Assembly: GCF_963921235.1 (NCBI RefSeq) | Contig: NC_086108.1 | Location: 44,826,001 to 44,890,000, forward strand | Reading direction: 5' to 3' | Source: Mobula hypostoma | Taxonomy: Eukaryota | Length of the DNA: 64,000 bases | Part shown: piece by piece, positions 47,221-60,245 of the stretch | Layout of the letters: every line of letters begins with the position of its first letter | Numbering within the stretch: position 1 is the first letter of the stretch | The notes under the pieces: generated by a model | Told to the model about the DNA's origin: nothing | Seen by the model: the letters and a program-made list of their open reading frames with translations, nothing else | The model's database searches: none | Made by a program: the position numbers and the translations under genes

Positions 47221-49471
47221 CATCAAGCCATGCCAGAATGTTGTATTTTTGGGCTGCAGAACAATGCTGAAGGTGCACAAAAGAGACAAATTGAGACCAG
47301 ATCAGATGGGATAAGGCAATCAGCGGGCGTTGAACATGCCTTTGCAGACGGGCTAATCTAGGCAAGTGCTTATGATAATAAAGATGTCAGATAGGATTTA
47401 GCTAGAAAGAATGTGGTTGATTCCTGAAATTAGCTATCACACATCTAGTGTTATTATCAATAACCCAATAGGGAACTCAGAGAAACATTTTTACCCAAAG
47501 GATTGTGATGTGGTGACTGCAAGTACAAGAAATAGAATCAAATAACAAATGCATTTTTGGGAAACTGAATGAAAGAGAAAGAACTAGAAGGAAATCCTGA
47601 TTATAGTTTTTAAGAAGTGGGGTGAGAGGCAGCTGATAAGCATCATAACGGATGGCAAAGACCAGTCGAGCAAATGGTGTACTCAACTTGACTCAATAAA
47701 TGCCTTTGAAAAATGATCACTTCATGGACCCAAAGCAATCTACATACGGTTGTGGGAGGGATATTTAAACATTAGAAGTAAAAACCTAAAATGTTCAATT
47801 AGGTACTTTAAGTAAAAGTTAACACTACCAATATAACCATAGGTGAGATAATTCCGATAAGAGGAAAGCTGTTTCTTTTTTATCTACACTGCAGATAATT
47901 GGGTCTCAGAAAGAAACCCTCAATATCAGAACTCTGGAACTAAGCATGTCACAGTTCTGGTTTATATCCATTACCAACTGACTAGAGAATAGGATCATAC
48001 AGCAAGCAATCTGCCCCCTTGGCCCAACTGGTCGTGCCACTGAATCAGAAAAACTTATTTTAATCGTAGTTTCACTGTAACAATGAGCAATTGCCTATTT
48101 TCTTGTGTTCAATACGAGGATCTAGAGTAGTTCTCTGCTGTCTTTAATAATAGTATAAATACAATACAGTACGAATAAGGAGGCTTGATTAATGCTATTG
48201 TATATGCACAAGCTCCATTATACTGTTGCAGTATACGGTAGATCCTCAGTGGAAAAACATTCACCTGAACCCAGATATCAACTGTAGCCTCTAAGCAACT
48301 AGTAGGAAATGAGTGGGAAGTTAAGAACTTCCTTCACCTACGCAGAACTGATTTTACACGATTTGAACTGAATAATTTAAAAGATGCTTATGGTACATCA
48401 GCTGATATACATTTCAAATAGGCTAAATAAAGAACGGTGAAATCGGAAGCAATACCAGCTGGAATGCTGCTACCATCAATTAGAATTCTATTATTTTTTA
48501 AAGCTGTGCCCAAGGTACACTTTTGAAGTCTCTTAAAAAATATTGGAAATATGACGTATCTCTCCCTGAAATTGTTACCACGTTAGACAAATCTCATTTC
48601 CATCAAAAAAGCCAGCTTTTCAATAAAGGCACAAAGCCTTTCTGAATAGAAAAAAAATGAAGGCTGCGATTTTTGGTTAACATGCAGATATAAGACTGGC
48701 CACTGGGCTTGGGAAACTACAGTACATGAGGAAGATTTGGCAGTTTTTTAATTCATAAAACTGTAGAAAGGCTAAGCAGAGGGAGAGACAAGCAATCCCG
48801 TAGTTTTAAAGTGATGGAAAAGGAATAATGTTCCCAGGAAGAAACACTTTAGAAAGTGTTGACATGAACACCATAGTTAGAACAAGATATGCCAAAGAGT
48901 GAAACAAATTGCTAGGTTATCAGTGATGTGTCGTTGATTGCAGGGGTGGGGGGTGGGGGGGAGGTGAAGAGAAATGGCCTCTTTCCATTTGTGTTATTTT
49001 AGGTTCAGCTATGATTGAAGGAATTATTTCAATGTATTAAAGCTATCATAATTTTCTATAAGTCGTTTGGTTAGTAACCAGATAGCATAAATTTTAGTCA
49101 CTTGAGAAGATGGAAGTCTTGTTTTCAACTATAGGGATGTTCTTGGGAAATGGATTCTGAATCAGAAGTCATGTTTGAAAGAAAAAACAATGTTTTGCAG
49201 TTTTTTAAAAAAAAAGTAGCTGTTTGCTAAAACAGGAGCAGAATGGGGAAAGGACACAGAACACATTCAAAAGCCAGGGTAGAGAAATAGATGAATCACT
49301 GAAAACTTATTTCTGATGAACAAGTGCTAGTTTTTAAAGAATAAATGCCTACAGAACAAGCTTGGCTCTGGTTAACTCACTGGAATAAAACTCACCACGA
49401 ATATATAATTATTCTGCAGAGAAGCATCTTTACCAAGCAACTACCAGAATAGAGCTGCAGAAACTAACAGG

Positions 49472-49528
49472 ATTGCCATAGTAACTGTTAAAAAAACTCA
49501 CGCTAGTTTGAAACGTCACTTATATATT
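49472..49528 (+). promoter_or_regulatory. Candidate RFX X-box / half-CRE / TATA-like promoter of the coiled-coil gene
   Basis: ATTGCCATAGTAAC (49472-49485), ACGTCA (49513-49518), TATATATT (49521-49528). Confidence 0.4.
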
Positions 49529-49905
49529 GTGGAGCCATTTGCCCCTTAGTTCTCATGTTAGAACTTTGATCCAACTTCCCTGCTTTCTACCAGCACCTTA
49601 CAAAGACTTTTTAAAAAGTCTTTACCCAATTCCTTGAAAGATTCCACACACTTTTAGAACAATGTAACAACAAAATAAAAATCTTCATCTCCCAGTTTAA
49701 GTCTCTCTAGCTATCACCCCTCCTGATATTGAAGACAATAACCAATCACTTATTAAAGGGCAGATATGTAGTATTGTGTAACAGCCATTGCACGTTTCAC
49801 TTCAAGTGCCACCAGGATTGCTTAAACTAGTAACACCATTAGGAAGGGTTGATGTGTAAAATGTGTGAAACCTGTTTGTGTGTTTGTCCCAGCCTCAGAT
49901 TAAAT

Positions 49906-50721
49906 ATGTCCAACCCAAAGGGGAAGATCTGGGACTCACCTGCACAGAGAAACACATTGACCAAGTATGAGACCAAGAAACTCTTACTGAAATACAGAAA
50001 AGAGCGAGATGAAGCATCAAAAAAAGGGGAAGTGAACCGAGATAAATTGCATGTGATTCAGACATCAATGGGAATGCAGATCCGAGAATTGAAGGAGAAG
50101 GTAAAGGTGCTGAACTCAGAGAACAAAGATTTACACAAAACCATTAAGAAACTGCAGCCAGAGTTACAACTGGATACCAACGCTAAACTGAGGAGCAAGC
50201 TGACCAAAGAGGTGCTAAAAGAACTGAAGGAGAGGGCTGAACGATGCAAGGACCTGCAGCAAGAAAACGCCAGGTTAAATCAGGAAATTGATCATCTGAC
50301 TTTGAAGTTGGCACAGACAGAGAATGTCAGGAAGGTTTTCGAAGACCAGCTCGTGGCTGCACAGAGTCAGGTGAGAAGTCTGAGCAACGAACATGACCGC
50401 ATGGTAAAACTATGGGAAGAAGCCAAAATACAGAGAGAAAAAATCCTGCAAATTAACCACCTCTTCAGACAGTCTCTCTTTAGTAAACAGCATTGTCGTC
50501 AGACAGTGGATAAATGCATTCAGACCATCGTCTCCATCCCCGTCTACAGGCGCTTTCACATGAGAAAACCCGAGGGGACGGTCAAGCAGCAGGTGGTTTA
50601 TCAGGAAAAGGAGAAGGTGAAGCAAAGGTTTATAAATGAGGCACCGGTGACCCCCAAAGAGAGAAGAGGCAACACTTCAAACAATGCATTGACTAAAATC
50701 TACAGAACTTCCCCAAACTGA
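49906..50721 (+). CDS. Uncharacterised intronless coiled-coil protein, 271 aa
   Basis: 816-nt open frame in non-repeat DNA, K/E/L/Q-rich heptad pattern, Kozak -3 A, acceptor-like TTTGTCCCAG ending 49890, TGTA-tg-AATAAA at 50757-50768. Confidence 0.75.
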   Translation: MSNPKGKIWDSPAQRNTLTKYETKKLLLKYRKERDEASKKGEVNRDKLHVIQTSMGMQIRELKEKVKVLNSENKDLHKTIKKLQPELQLDTNAKLRSKLTKEVLKELKERAERCKDLQQENARLNQEIDHLTLKLAQTENVRKVFEDQLVAAQSQVRSLSNEHDRMVKLWEEAKIQREKILQINHLFRQSLFSKQHCRQTVDKCIQTIVSIPVYRRFHMRKPEGTVKQQVVYQEKEKVKQRFINEAPVTPKERRGNTSNNALTKIYRTSPN

Positions 50722-52099
50722 GACCTATTCCATGTAATGCAAAGGGGAAAAAAATCTGTATGAATAAAGGCAGAGGAATTCCTCAAATCATCAGTACTCT
50801 TCATGGTTATGAGATGTATTTACATTTTCTGTGTGTGCAGCATTAAAAATTCACCATATCTCAGAAAAGCAACCAAGCTTTGTCTTGCAATAGGTAACAC
50901 CAAGGCTATGGGAAAATCACTTTGTTATCTCTTGTCTGTATATTTCAGTCTTTAACAAGAAAATAAATATCCTTTAAGTCAAGGCCAATTAAAATGTTTT
51001 ATTATTAAACTGATTAATGTTTTGTCTCCTCACCACTAAAGTGATGGTGTATATTTGTTAATGGTCTAATTAGAGTCCATGGGATGGTACAGGCAAGGCC
51101 TACCACCTTTCTACTGTCTCCAGGTGAACATGTGGTGCAATTCTTTATCTTGGGACCTCTTCATTAGCTGATGGGCAACAGGTGCCACATTCTAATAACG
51201 GCCTGATGATGAGCCACTTGCATAAATCTGCCCAATGCCCCACTTCGTAACTAAATAGAAAATATTCAGCAGATCTATGAACATAATACAATAGAGCAGG
51301 TTGCTTGGCACTCATTGCCAGGCCGAACAGATACCAGTGCAAGGCCGATCTTTCACCTTAGTGGCACTTTCCTATTCTTGAATGCGCATGGCAGCTGGCC
51401 TAACACAGGTTTTGTGGTAGAGAATTTTAAAGATTTACTACCCTATGGGTGAAGAACTTCTTTCTCATCTTTGTTATGAATAACCAATTACTTATTTTGA
51501 GATAATTTCCCCCTCTCTAGACACTTCCAGCCACCAGAAACAAACTCAAGAGAATTTTATTCAGTTCAGTGAGAATAGCTTTCCTTCCAAGATCAAGAGT
51601 GGACAGGCCAAATCTGATTAATTTCTCCCCATTCCCTCTTCATTGCTAGTATGTCCTTCCTTAGCTAGGGAGGCTAGACGAGAATGGTTCTAAAAAAATA
51701 CTGAAGTAAGTTATGCCCACTCATATATTTATACCTTTTGTGGCGACCTTTTGACTTCCCTCTCACATTGCCCTCCATTTCCCTTTCATCCATGTGTCTA
51801 AGAGTCTCTTAAATGTCCCTAATCATGTATTTGCCTCGACCATCACTCCTGGCAATGCATTCCACGCACTTATCACTGAGTAAGAATCATACCCCTGACA
51901 TCCACCGCCCCCCCCCCAATATTTTCCTCCAGTCACCTTAAAGTTATACCCTCTCATATTAATTATTGCTGCACTGGGAAAAAGGGTGTTGGCTGTCCAC
52001 TCTATCTATGCCTCATCATCTTAAACACTCAATCAAATCACCTCTCCTCCTCCCACACTCCAAAGAGAAAAGAGCTAGCTTGCTCAAGTTATCAAGTTA

Positions 52100-54835
52100 T
52101 GAAGATCAGGATGGCAGTGCGAACAGATGCAGTGGCTACTCCGGCTCCAACTAATGATGCAGTTGTTTATCCTTTATGTCATTCTTATGATCGCAAGGCA
52201 ATTCTGGATATTAAGAACACCAGTTACTGTGCCTACCTCAATGGCAAGTTGTTGAATAGTAGACGAGCTCTATAGCATGGGCTTGTCGCGCGTTGTGTGG
52301 TGACCCAGGGGAGACACAATCAGAAGCAGTGTGCAACCAAGCAAAAGAGAGGAAAGCACACTGGTATTCAAGTGAGACTAAAGGCAACACCCTTCAGGCC
52401 ATCTGTCCCGTCAACTCTGCCTTCGAACGTTCGATCACTGGAAAATAAATTAGATTACTTGTGTCTGAGACTAAATCAGTGTGAGATGAAGAATAGCTGC
52501 GTGCTCCTTCTGATGGATATGTGGTTCCACAATACCATCCTTGAAACAGTCATCCAGCCAGACTCTGCTGGGGTCATCTATTGTGTCTGGCGCTCCCGGT
52601 ATGACCTCCTCTACATTGGTGAGACCCGTTGTAAATTGAGGGACCGCTTCGGTGAGCACCTCTGCTCCATCTGCCAAAAGTGGAACTTCCCGGTAGCCAA
52701 ACTTCTTAATTCTGATTCCCATTCCCATTCTGACATGTCAGTCCATGGCCTCCTCTTGTGCCAAGTCAAGGCTGCCCTCAGGGAGGAGAAGCAACACTAT
52801 ATTATATCTGGGTAGCCTCCAACCTGATGGCATGAATACACACTGTGTGTGTGTGTAGCTGTTAGAGGGTTTCACCTCTTTTCAAGCCAACAAAATTCCC
52901 ATGATCTCTGGCAAAACCTGCAATAGAGGTATATACATCTACGTTAACAAGAACTGAAACGTGAATGCTTCAGTAGTGATGACCCACTGTTCGCCTATGG
53001 TAGAGTTCTTAATTGTGAAGTGCAGGCCCTTCTGTTTACTGAGGGAGTTCACTGCGATTGTGACTGTGGCTGTAAACATCCCAGCATCTGCTAACGTGGA
53101 GGAAGCTTTTCATGAGCTCTACAGTGCCATCATTGACTTGCAAATTGCACACCCTGAAGGTTTTATTGTTGGCGACTTTAACCGTGCCTGTCTAAATTCC
53201 ACCAGCATGTTGACTTTGCTACTAGAGGTGAAAGCACATTGGACCTGGTTTATACCAACATCCCTGGTGCTTCCAAAGCTGCTGCCTCTCCCCACTTGGA
53301 TTCTCTGACCACTTACCTGGTATGCTGACTCCTGCATTCTGCCCACTGATTAAACGGTTCAAACCAGTTCAAAGGGAGATGAGGACTTGGCCAGAAGCAG
53401 CAGCCTCGGTGTTGCAGGACTGTTTTGAAAACATGGAATGGGATACGTTCAGGGAGTCAGTTACTGATGACCATCACATTAACATTGAAGAACATGTGTG
53501 ATTTGTGACTGACAACATAGAAATACATTGAGGATGTCACCATTATTAAACACGTCAATGTGCGGGCAAATCAGAAGCCATGGTTGTCGGCAGAGGACTG
53601 AGTACTGCGGAGAGATTGGGATGCTGCCTTCCGATCAGGGGATAAGACAACTCTCAGGTTATCAAGAGCTACACGTTCCCATGCCAAGGCAAAGACAGGA
53701 TTATTCGCAGAGAATATACAGCCATTTCTGTGACACCAGAGACCGGAGGTGTATGTGGCAGGGCATTCAGAGCGTAACGGACTGCAAGTCCACCCTACGT
53801 GTCACAACAGCGTCTCCTCCTGTTAGGCTGAGTTCCTTTAATGCTCAGTTTGATGCACGTAACGGCGTGCTGCCAAGGAAGGCCCCCCTCCCCCCGAGTT
53901 GCAGGTACTGTGTCTGGCTGCACTGATGTGAGGAAGACCCTAGCCAGGATCAACCCATGCAAAGCTGAAACTGCAGGACCTGATAACATACCTGGCCGGG
54001 TGCTGAGGGATCGTGCGGCCCAGTTAACTGAGGCTCTAACAGACATCTTCAAAATCTCTCTGGAACAGTCCACTGTCCCCTCAGGCTACAGGCAGCCACC
54101 ATCATCCCGGTTCCCAAGAGTGCAACAGTAACCTGCTGCAACAACCGCCATCACCATCCAGCGGCCCTGACCTCAACAATAATTTAGTGCTTTGAATGGC
54201 TGGTTATTGATCAAATTAATCCCATCTTCCTGCTGCCTTGGACCCTTTTCAGTGTGCTTATTGCTCAAATCAGTCCACTAATGATGCCTTATTCTCTGCA
54301 CTCCACTCTGTCCCTGGAAAGTGATGCCTCATATGCCAGGATGCTGCCTATTGACCTCAGATCGGCATTCAGTATGACATACCTCTGAGCTGATGGGTAA
54401 ACTGTCCTCGCTGAGTTTTAATACCTCACTAAGTGGAGCCTGAACTTCTTAATAGAAGTGGCACCGTCAGTTTGTGTTGGCAGAAACAGCTCTAGCTTCA
54501 TCAACTGACTCCAATCTTTTTGCCCCCTACCATCAGGCAGGAGGTAGTGTAGCATTAGAAGAACTGTTAAGATGGGAAACAGCTTCTTCCCTTAGGTCGT
54601 AAGACTATTGAGCTCCCTGCCACCACTCAGGCCTCTTCATAGGTGAAGGGCCAGTAGCATTATACTGTTTGCTTTTTAAACTTGTTTCATATATGCACCT
54701 TATTATGTGGTAATATTGCTTTATGCATTATGTATGTGAGTTATATGTACAGTGTTGTGCACCTTGGTCTGGGTGAATGTCATTTTGCTTGGTGGTATAC
54801 ATGCGTACAGTTGAACGATGACGAACTTGAACTTA
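52100..54835 (+). mobile_element. Degenerate near-full-length Rex1/Babar LINE containing a Penelope GIY-YIG fragment (52560-52840)
   Basis: KRGKHTGIQVRLK..PFRPSVPS...NVRSLENKLD, IVGDFN, KA..GPDNIPGRVLR; insert GVIYCV...LYIGET.CKL.DRFGEHL. Confidence 0.82.
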
Positions 54836-55959
54836 TTCTCATAACATATGCTCTCTATTACAGGTAGTATTCTGGTACATCTCCCCTGCAACCTCTTTAA
54901 ATCTTCCACATCTTTCCTATAAGGTGACTAGAGATAACAATACAACAATTATGGTCTAACCAATGTTTTATCGAGCTAAAACATCTTCTCATGGCTCTTG
55001 AACTCACTCTATCAACTTGTGCAGCAACTTTGAGGGATCCATGGACATAAACCCCAAGATCCTTCTGTTCCTCCACACACTAAGAACCCTGCCTTAACTT
55101 TGTACTCTCCCTGTAAATTTAACCTTCCAGAATAGATCTTTGTGGAACACTACCTCCTGTTCCTGTTCAAGGCTATGCTAAAAGGTCAGGGAGTTGTAGT
55201 CACCGTCTCTGAAATGCTCACCCACTGAAAGATTTGACACATGATGATGTTCAATGTGTTGTCTAAATTGGGAATGGCCTCTCCTCTAGCCGGCCTGTGT
55301 ACATAGTGTCATGAATCCTTCCTGGACATACCTATCAAATTCTGCCCAAATCAATCAAGGAAGTTGAAATCATCCATGACAACAACCCAGTTATTTTTGT
55401 AACTTTTCAAAATCTGCCTCCTGATGTGCTCCTCAGTGTTGGGCCGGAGGTGTTTGGAAATAGGCCTACAGAATACTTTCAATAGAGCGATTTCTCCCTT
55501 CTTTTTTCTGACTTCCATTCACACTGATTCAGTAGACGATGACTCCATGATATCCTCCCTTTCTGCAGCTGAGAAACTATCCCCAATTAGCATTGTCACT
55601 CCACCCCCACCAACCTCTTTTACCCCCCTCTTTTTCCCTTTTGGAACATCCAGCAGCTATTCCTGCCCTTGTGACAGCTAAGACTCTGTAATGGCTTGAC
55701 CACAACACTTCCATGCTCTAAGTGCATCACCCTTGTTCCTGATATTTCTTGCATTGAAATAGGCTCATTTCAGCCTATTAAGACATTGAAGCAGAATTAG
55801 GTCATTCAGTTCATCAGACTTTCTCCAGCATTCAATCAAAGCTAATGCATTCTATCCTCTCACTCCCATTCTCCTGTCTTCTCCCTGTAACCTTTGACAC
55901 CCTTACTAACCAAGAACCTAACAACTTCTGCTTTAAATATAACCGATGACTTGGCTCCC

Positions 55960-57185
55960 TTCAACCCTCGGTTATGGACTAAACCTTTTTGATATGGAAA
56001 ACGAAAGGTATAACATGTTTTCGTGACTTATTTCTGGATAACTGTTTCATATCTTTTGAACAGTTATCTAAGAAATTTGATCTGCTCTAGATCCCATTTT
56101 TTTTAGATATCTACAAATAAGAAATTTTAAAAATACTATGTTGCCTACCTTTCTGACCTCATACCCTACTGATATTATCAATAAAATTTTAGGTTTAAAT
56201 CCTCTTCAGAAGGGATTAATAGCATCTACCTATGATATAATTATGAAATTACAGCCGGGTATATCTGATAAAATTAAAAATGAATGGGAAAGGGAACTTC
56301 AACTTGGCCTACCTATAGAGAAATGGGATAACATTTTTCAATTAGTCAGTACTTCCTCTATATGTGCTAAACATACATTAATACAATTTAAAGTAGTGCA
56401 TAGAGCCCATATGTCTAAAGATAAATTAGCCCATTTTTATTCCCATATAAACCCTATTTGTGACAGAAGTCACTCTGAGGTGGCTTCTTTAACTCATATG
56501 TTTTGGTCCTGTCCTCTTTTGGAAAAATACTGGAAAGACATTTTTGATATTATCTCAACAGTTCTGTGTTTTAATTTACAACCCCATCCTATTACGGCAA
56601 TTTTTGGATTGCCAATGGTAGAACATAGATCTTTGTCTTCTTCAGCCTGTCGGATGATAGCATTTGTTACTTTAATGGCCAGATCATTTATTTTATTGAA
56701 CTGAAAGGAGACCAATCCTCCTACTACATACCAGTGGTTTCCCCAAACTATATTATGTTTAAATTTAGAAAAATTAGAAGTGATATTTTTGATCCATTGG
56801 TTAAATTTGAAGAAACTTGGAAACCATTTATTCAACATTTTCATATGATGTAATTTGACCTTTCTGAATCCTTCTTATTAACTTAAAATATATGAATAGA
56901 GGAGAGGAGTTGATGACATTATTGAATGTGTTTGATTTAAGATATTGGTCTAGCCTTGTTTTGTTCCATTTGCTTTTTTGGGTTTAGTATTTTGGGGGGG
57001 GGTTTCTTTGTGTTTTTCTTCTTTATGATTAGTTACATCGTGAGTTTGGAAGTCTATTATACCTGTGTTATCTGAAATCTTTTCTGTATATGTTTAACAA
57101 TAAGATAATTCCAATCTCTTTGTATCAACATTGCTATTTTGTTTACAATTTTGGAAAAATTAATAAAAAGATTTAAAAAGAAAGG
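55960..57185 (+). mobile_element. L1/Tx1-clade LINE 3' portion inserted in a CR1 3' end
   Basis: IQFKVVHR...CDR......LTHMFWSCP zinc-knuckle region, AATAAA plus A-rich tail, TSD-like GACTT(G/T)GCTCCC at 55948-55959 and 57188-57199. Confidence 0.85.
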
Positions 57186-57589
57186 AAGACTTTGCTCCCA
57201 CCAAGGCCATCCATCAAAATGAATTCCACAGATTCACTACCTTCTAGCTGAAGAAATTCCTCCACATCTCTCTCCTAAAAGTTTTCTGAGGCTATACCCC
57301 TGGGTCGGAGACAATCCCACTATAGGAAACATTCTCTCCACGTCCACTCTATCTAAGCCTTCAATAGGTTTCAATGAGATCTTCTAAATCCGATCAAGTA
57401 GAGTCATCAAACACTCCTCATATGTTAACCCTTTCATTCCCAGGAACCTCCTCTAGACTCTCTCCAATGCCAGGGCCTCAAAATGCCAAATGCAGTCTAA
57501 CCAATGCCTTATAAAGTCTCAGCATCCATCGGACTGTGTTATGCCTAATCCCCTGCCTATCCCTCCTCACAGCCTCTCTATACATTGCA

Positions 57590-58295
57590 TCCATCCTGAC
57601 GTATAATTTTGGTTCCCAACTCCCTGCCAACCTAGCTTAACCCTTCCCAACAGCTCTAGCAAACCTGCGTGCCAAGATATTGCTCCCTCTTGAGTTCAGG
57701 TGTAACCCATCTTTTTGTATAGGTCATACCTTCCCCAGAAGAGATCCCAATGAACCACAAATATATGTCAAACCTTATCCCTGCACCAATTCTTCAGCCA
57801 AACATTCATCCTCCTTATTATCCTCCATTTACCTTCATGACCATGTGGTAAGGGTAGCAATCCAGAGATTACTACCCTTGAGGTTCAGCTCTTTTAGCTT
57901 TTTACTTAGATCCCTATATTCCCTCTTCAGGACCTCATCCTTTTTCTTATCTATATCATTGGTATCAATCCGTACAACAAATTCTGACAGTTCATCCTCC
58001 CCCTTTAGAATGATGTGGAATGGATCTAAAACGCTCCTAACCCTGGTACATGGGAGGCAACATACCAAAGGGGAGTCTCTTTCATGCCTACAGAATCTCC
58101 CGAATGTTCTCCTAACCACTACTCTCCTCTTCTCACCCCTTTCCACCCGCGCTACAGAGCCAGAGATCTGGTTTCTGTGACTTACCCCTAGGTTCCACAC
58201 CCCTAACAGTATCCAATGTTGTATTCTTGTTATTGAGGGGCATGGCCACGGGGTGGGGGGGGTACTTTGCACTGTCTGCCTATTCCCTTTCTCTC
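57590..58295 (-). mobile_element. CR1 ORF1 fragment
   Basis: RRFC-like...VCCLP..RV...ILKGE....VV.IDTND, similar to 30380-30880. Confidence 0.8.
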
Positions 58296-59106
58296 TACAT
58301 CAATACTACTGATCCGTGTGCAGGTCAGTGGGACTAGGCAGAAAATGGTTCGGCACAGCCAAGAAGGGCCAAAGGGCCTGTTTCTGTGCTGTAGTTTCTA
58401 TGGTTCTATGTCAAGAGGACTGATAGCTTTAATTTTCTAGGAGAGAACATCACTTGTCCTAGTCCAACCATGAACATAGAAGCTCACCAACATATCTAGT
58501 TCCTCAGGAGGCAGAAGAAATCTGGCACGTCCCCTGTTAACCCCCAATTTTATCCTATCTGGATGCATCACAGCTTGGTATGGCAACTGTTCTGCCCATG
58601 ACTGCAAGAAACTGCAGAGGTGGACACAGCTCAGTATATCACAGAGACTAGCCTTCCCAGCACTGACTGTCTCTACCTTTGGCTGTCCTGTACTCCACAA
58701 TACCAAAAGCAGCAGCCTGTGACCTGAACATCAGAAACAGCTGGTCTAAAATCCAAAGGCTTCATGGGCATTGTGAAATTGTCAGATTTCATAGGAGTAC
58801 AAGAAGCACAAACTACCTTAAATTTTACTCACTGTCTGCTTTTTGGTATTTGAAGGGATTATTTCTAGGAACCCAACCACACATCACACTTATCTGCCAA
58901 GCAGCAATCCATAAAGTCAGCTCAGTGTTATTGAGTCCAAGTACAATATCCTGGACAATTGAATAAAGAACATTTAATAATCATTTGCTTTCCTATTACT
59001 GGCCCTTTTGAGGCTTCAACTTATGTTGAGAATTATCTGGGGAGAAGACAAGGAAGTTTCCATTGCAGATGGTGATGATGGTGAATTTATGGTTTGCATA
59101 GTCTGA

Positions 59107-59300
59107 GCTGGCTGGTGGTGTAGTGGCATCAGCACTGGACGTCCAGACAGATGTTCCTGAGTTCAAACCCAGCCAGGTCCCAACCTGGGCAGCAGCAGTA
59201 TCTGTGCGGAAGAAAGACCTGGCAATCTACTTCCACATCTTACCATGAAAACCTCATGAGGTCACCAAGAGTCAGACTCGACTAAATGACTGAACAATAA
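59107..59300 (+). mobile_element. tRNA-derived SINE with RTE/BovB-like 3' tail
   Basis: A box TGGTGTAGTGG, B box GAGTTCAAACC, tail GGTCACCAAGAGTCAGACTCGACTAAATGACTGAACAA. Confidence 0.7.
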
Positions 59301-59570
59301 CCTGCTTGCTCCCAATGGCTCAGTCACCATGCCAACCAAGTCACTTCTCAGTGCTCCAGCGCTTGTCACAGCCTGTCGAGTCCCAGCTCCTACAGGCAGC
59401 CACTCCATACACAGCAATGGGACAATTCAGTATTGCAGGACTACATGGAGGGGAGGATCATGGCTAGGCTCCCATCACAGCAGAGCAGTCAGAGAGGATC
59501 ATGTGAAGATGGCACCTGTGTACTACGCTCCCTTGGTTGACATCTTCTGAATAAGACCATAAGAGACCAT

Positions 59571-60245
59571 GGGAGGAGGAGAAGATGGTGGCGCGACCGC
59601 AGCGTGCGCGGCCTCTCCGGTGAATGATATCTGTAATCTGTCAAGTAGGGGACTGTGCACAATTCTGATTTGATGGAGACGGATGTGAGAGTACGGAGGA
59701 ACATCTGGAAAACTTCTGAAATGCCCGTTTCGCTGCCGCTGTGTGGTAACTGGAATCTCCGGAGCAGAAGGCCCCGAATCCTCAGCTTTGCTTGATTTAG
59801 CGGCCGGGGCTAGGTCAAAGGTGCTTGGCAGAGGATGGCGCTCAGGAGGCTGTATTGGAGGGGCTGGTCTGCGGCTCGAGGTTTTTGGACGGACGTACTC
59901 AGTGTCAGCTGCTTCCAAGGCATCGGCAAGTTGACGGTGCCTGGAGGTTTATGGCAGGGAGTTTCTCCCTTTTGCCGCCGCTATCGGGGACTCGGAAGTT
60001 GATCGACTTGGGGACTTTGAGACTATTTTTACCATGCCCATCATTTGCTCTTCATCAAATTATGGTATTGCTTTCCCCTGCTGTAACTATATGTTATAAT
60101 TACTTGGTTCTGTCAGTTCTAGTCTTTGGTTTGTCCTGTTTTCTGTGATATCACTCTGGAGAAACATTGTATCATTTCTTAATGCATGTATGCATTTCTA
60201 AATGACAACAAAAGAGGACTGAGTGTTCTCATAATCTAAAAAAAA
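59571..60245 (+). mobile_element. CpG-rich ~670-bp non-autonomous retroelement inserted in a CR1 tail
   Basis: Starts GGGAGGAGGAGAAGATGGTGGCGCG, ends ...CATAATCTAAAAAAA; splits ATAAGACCATAAGA / CATAGAAGTAGGCC. Confidence 0.55.

Noticed and set aside
59107-59175. tRNA gene
   Set aside because: A/B boxes are present, but I could not build a cloverleaf and it continues into a LINE-like tail, so it is a SINE head.
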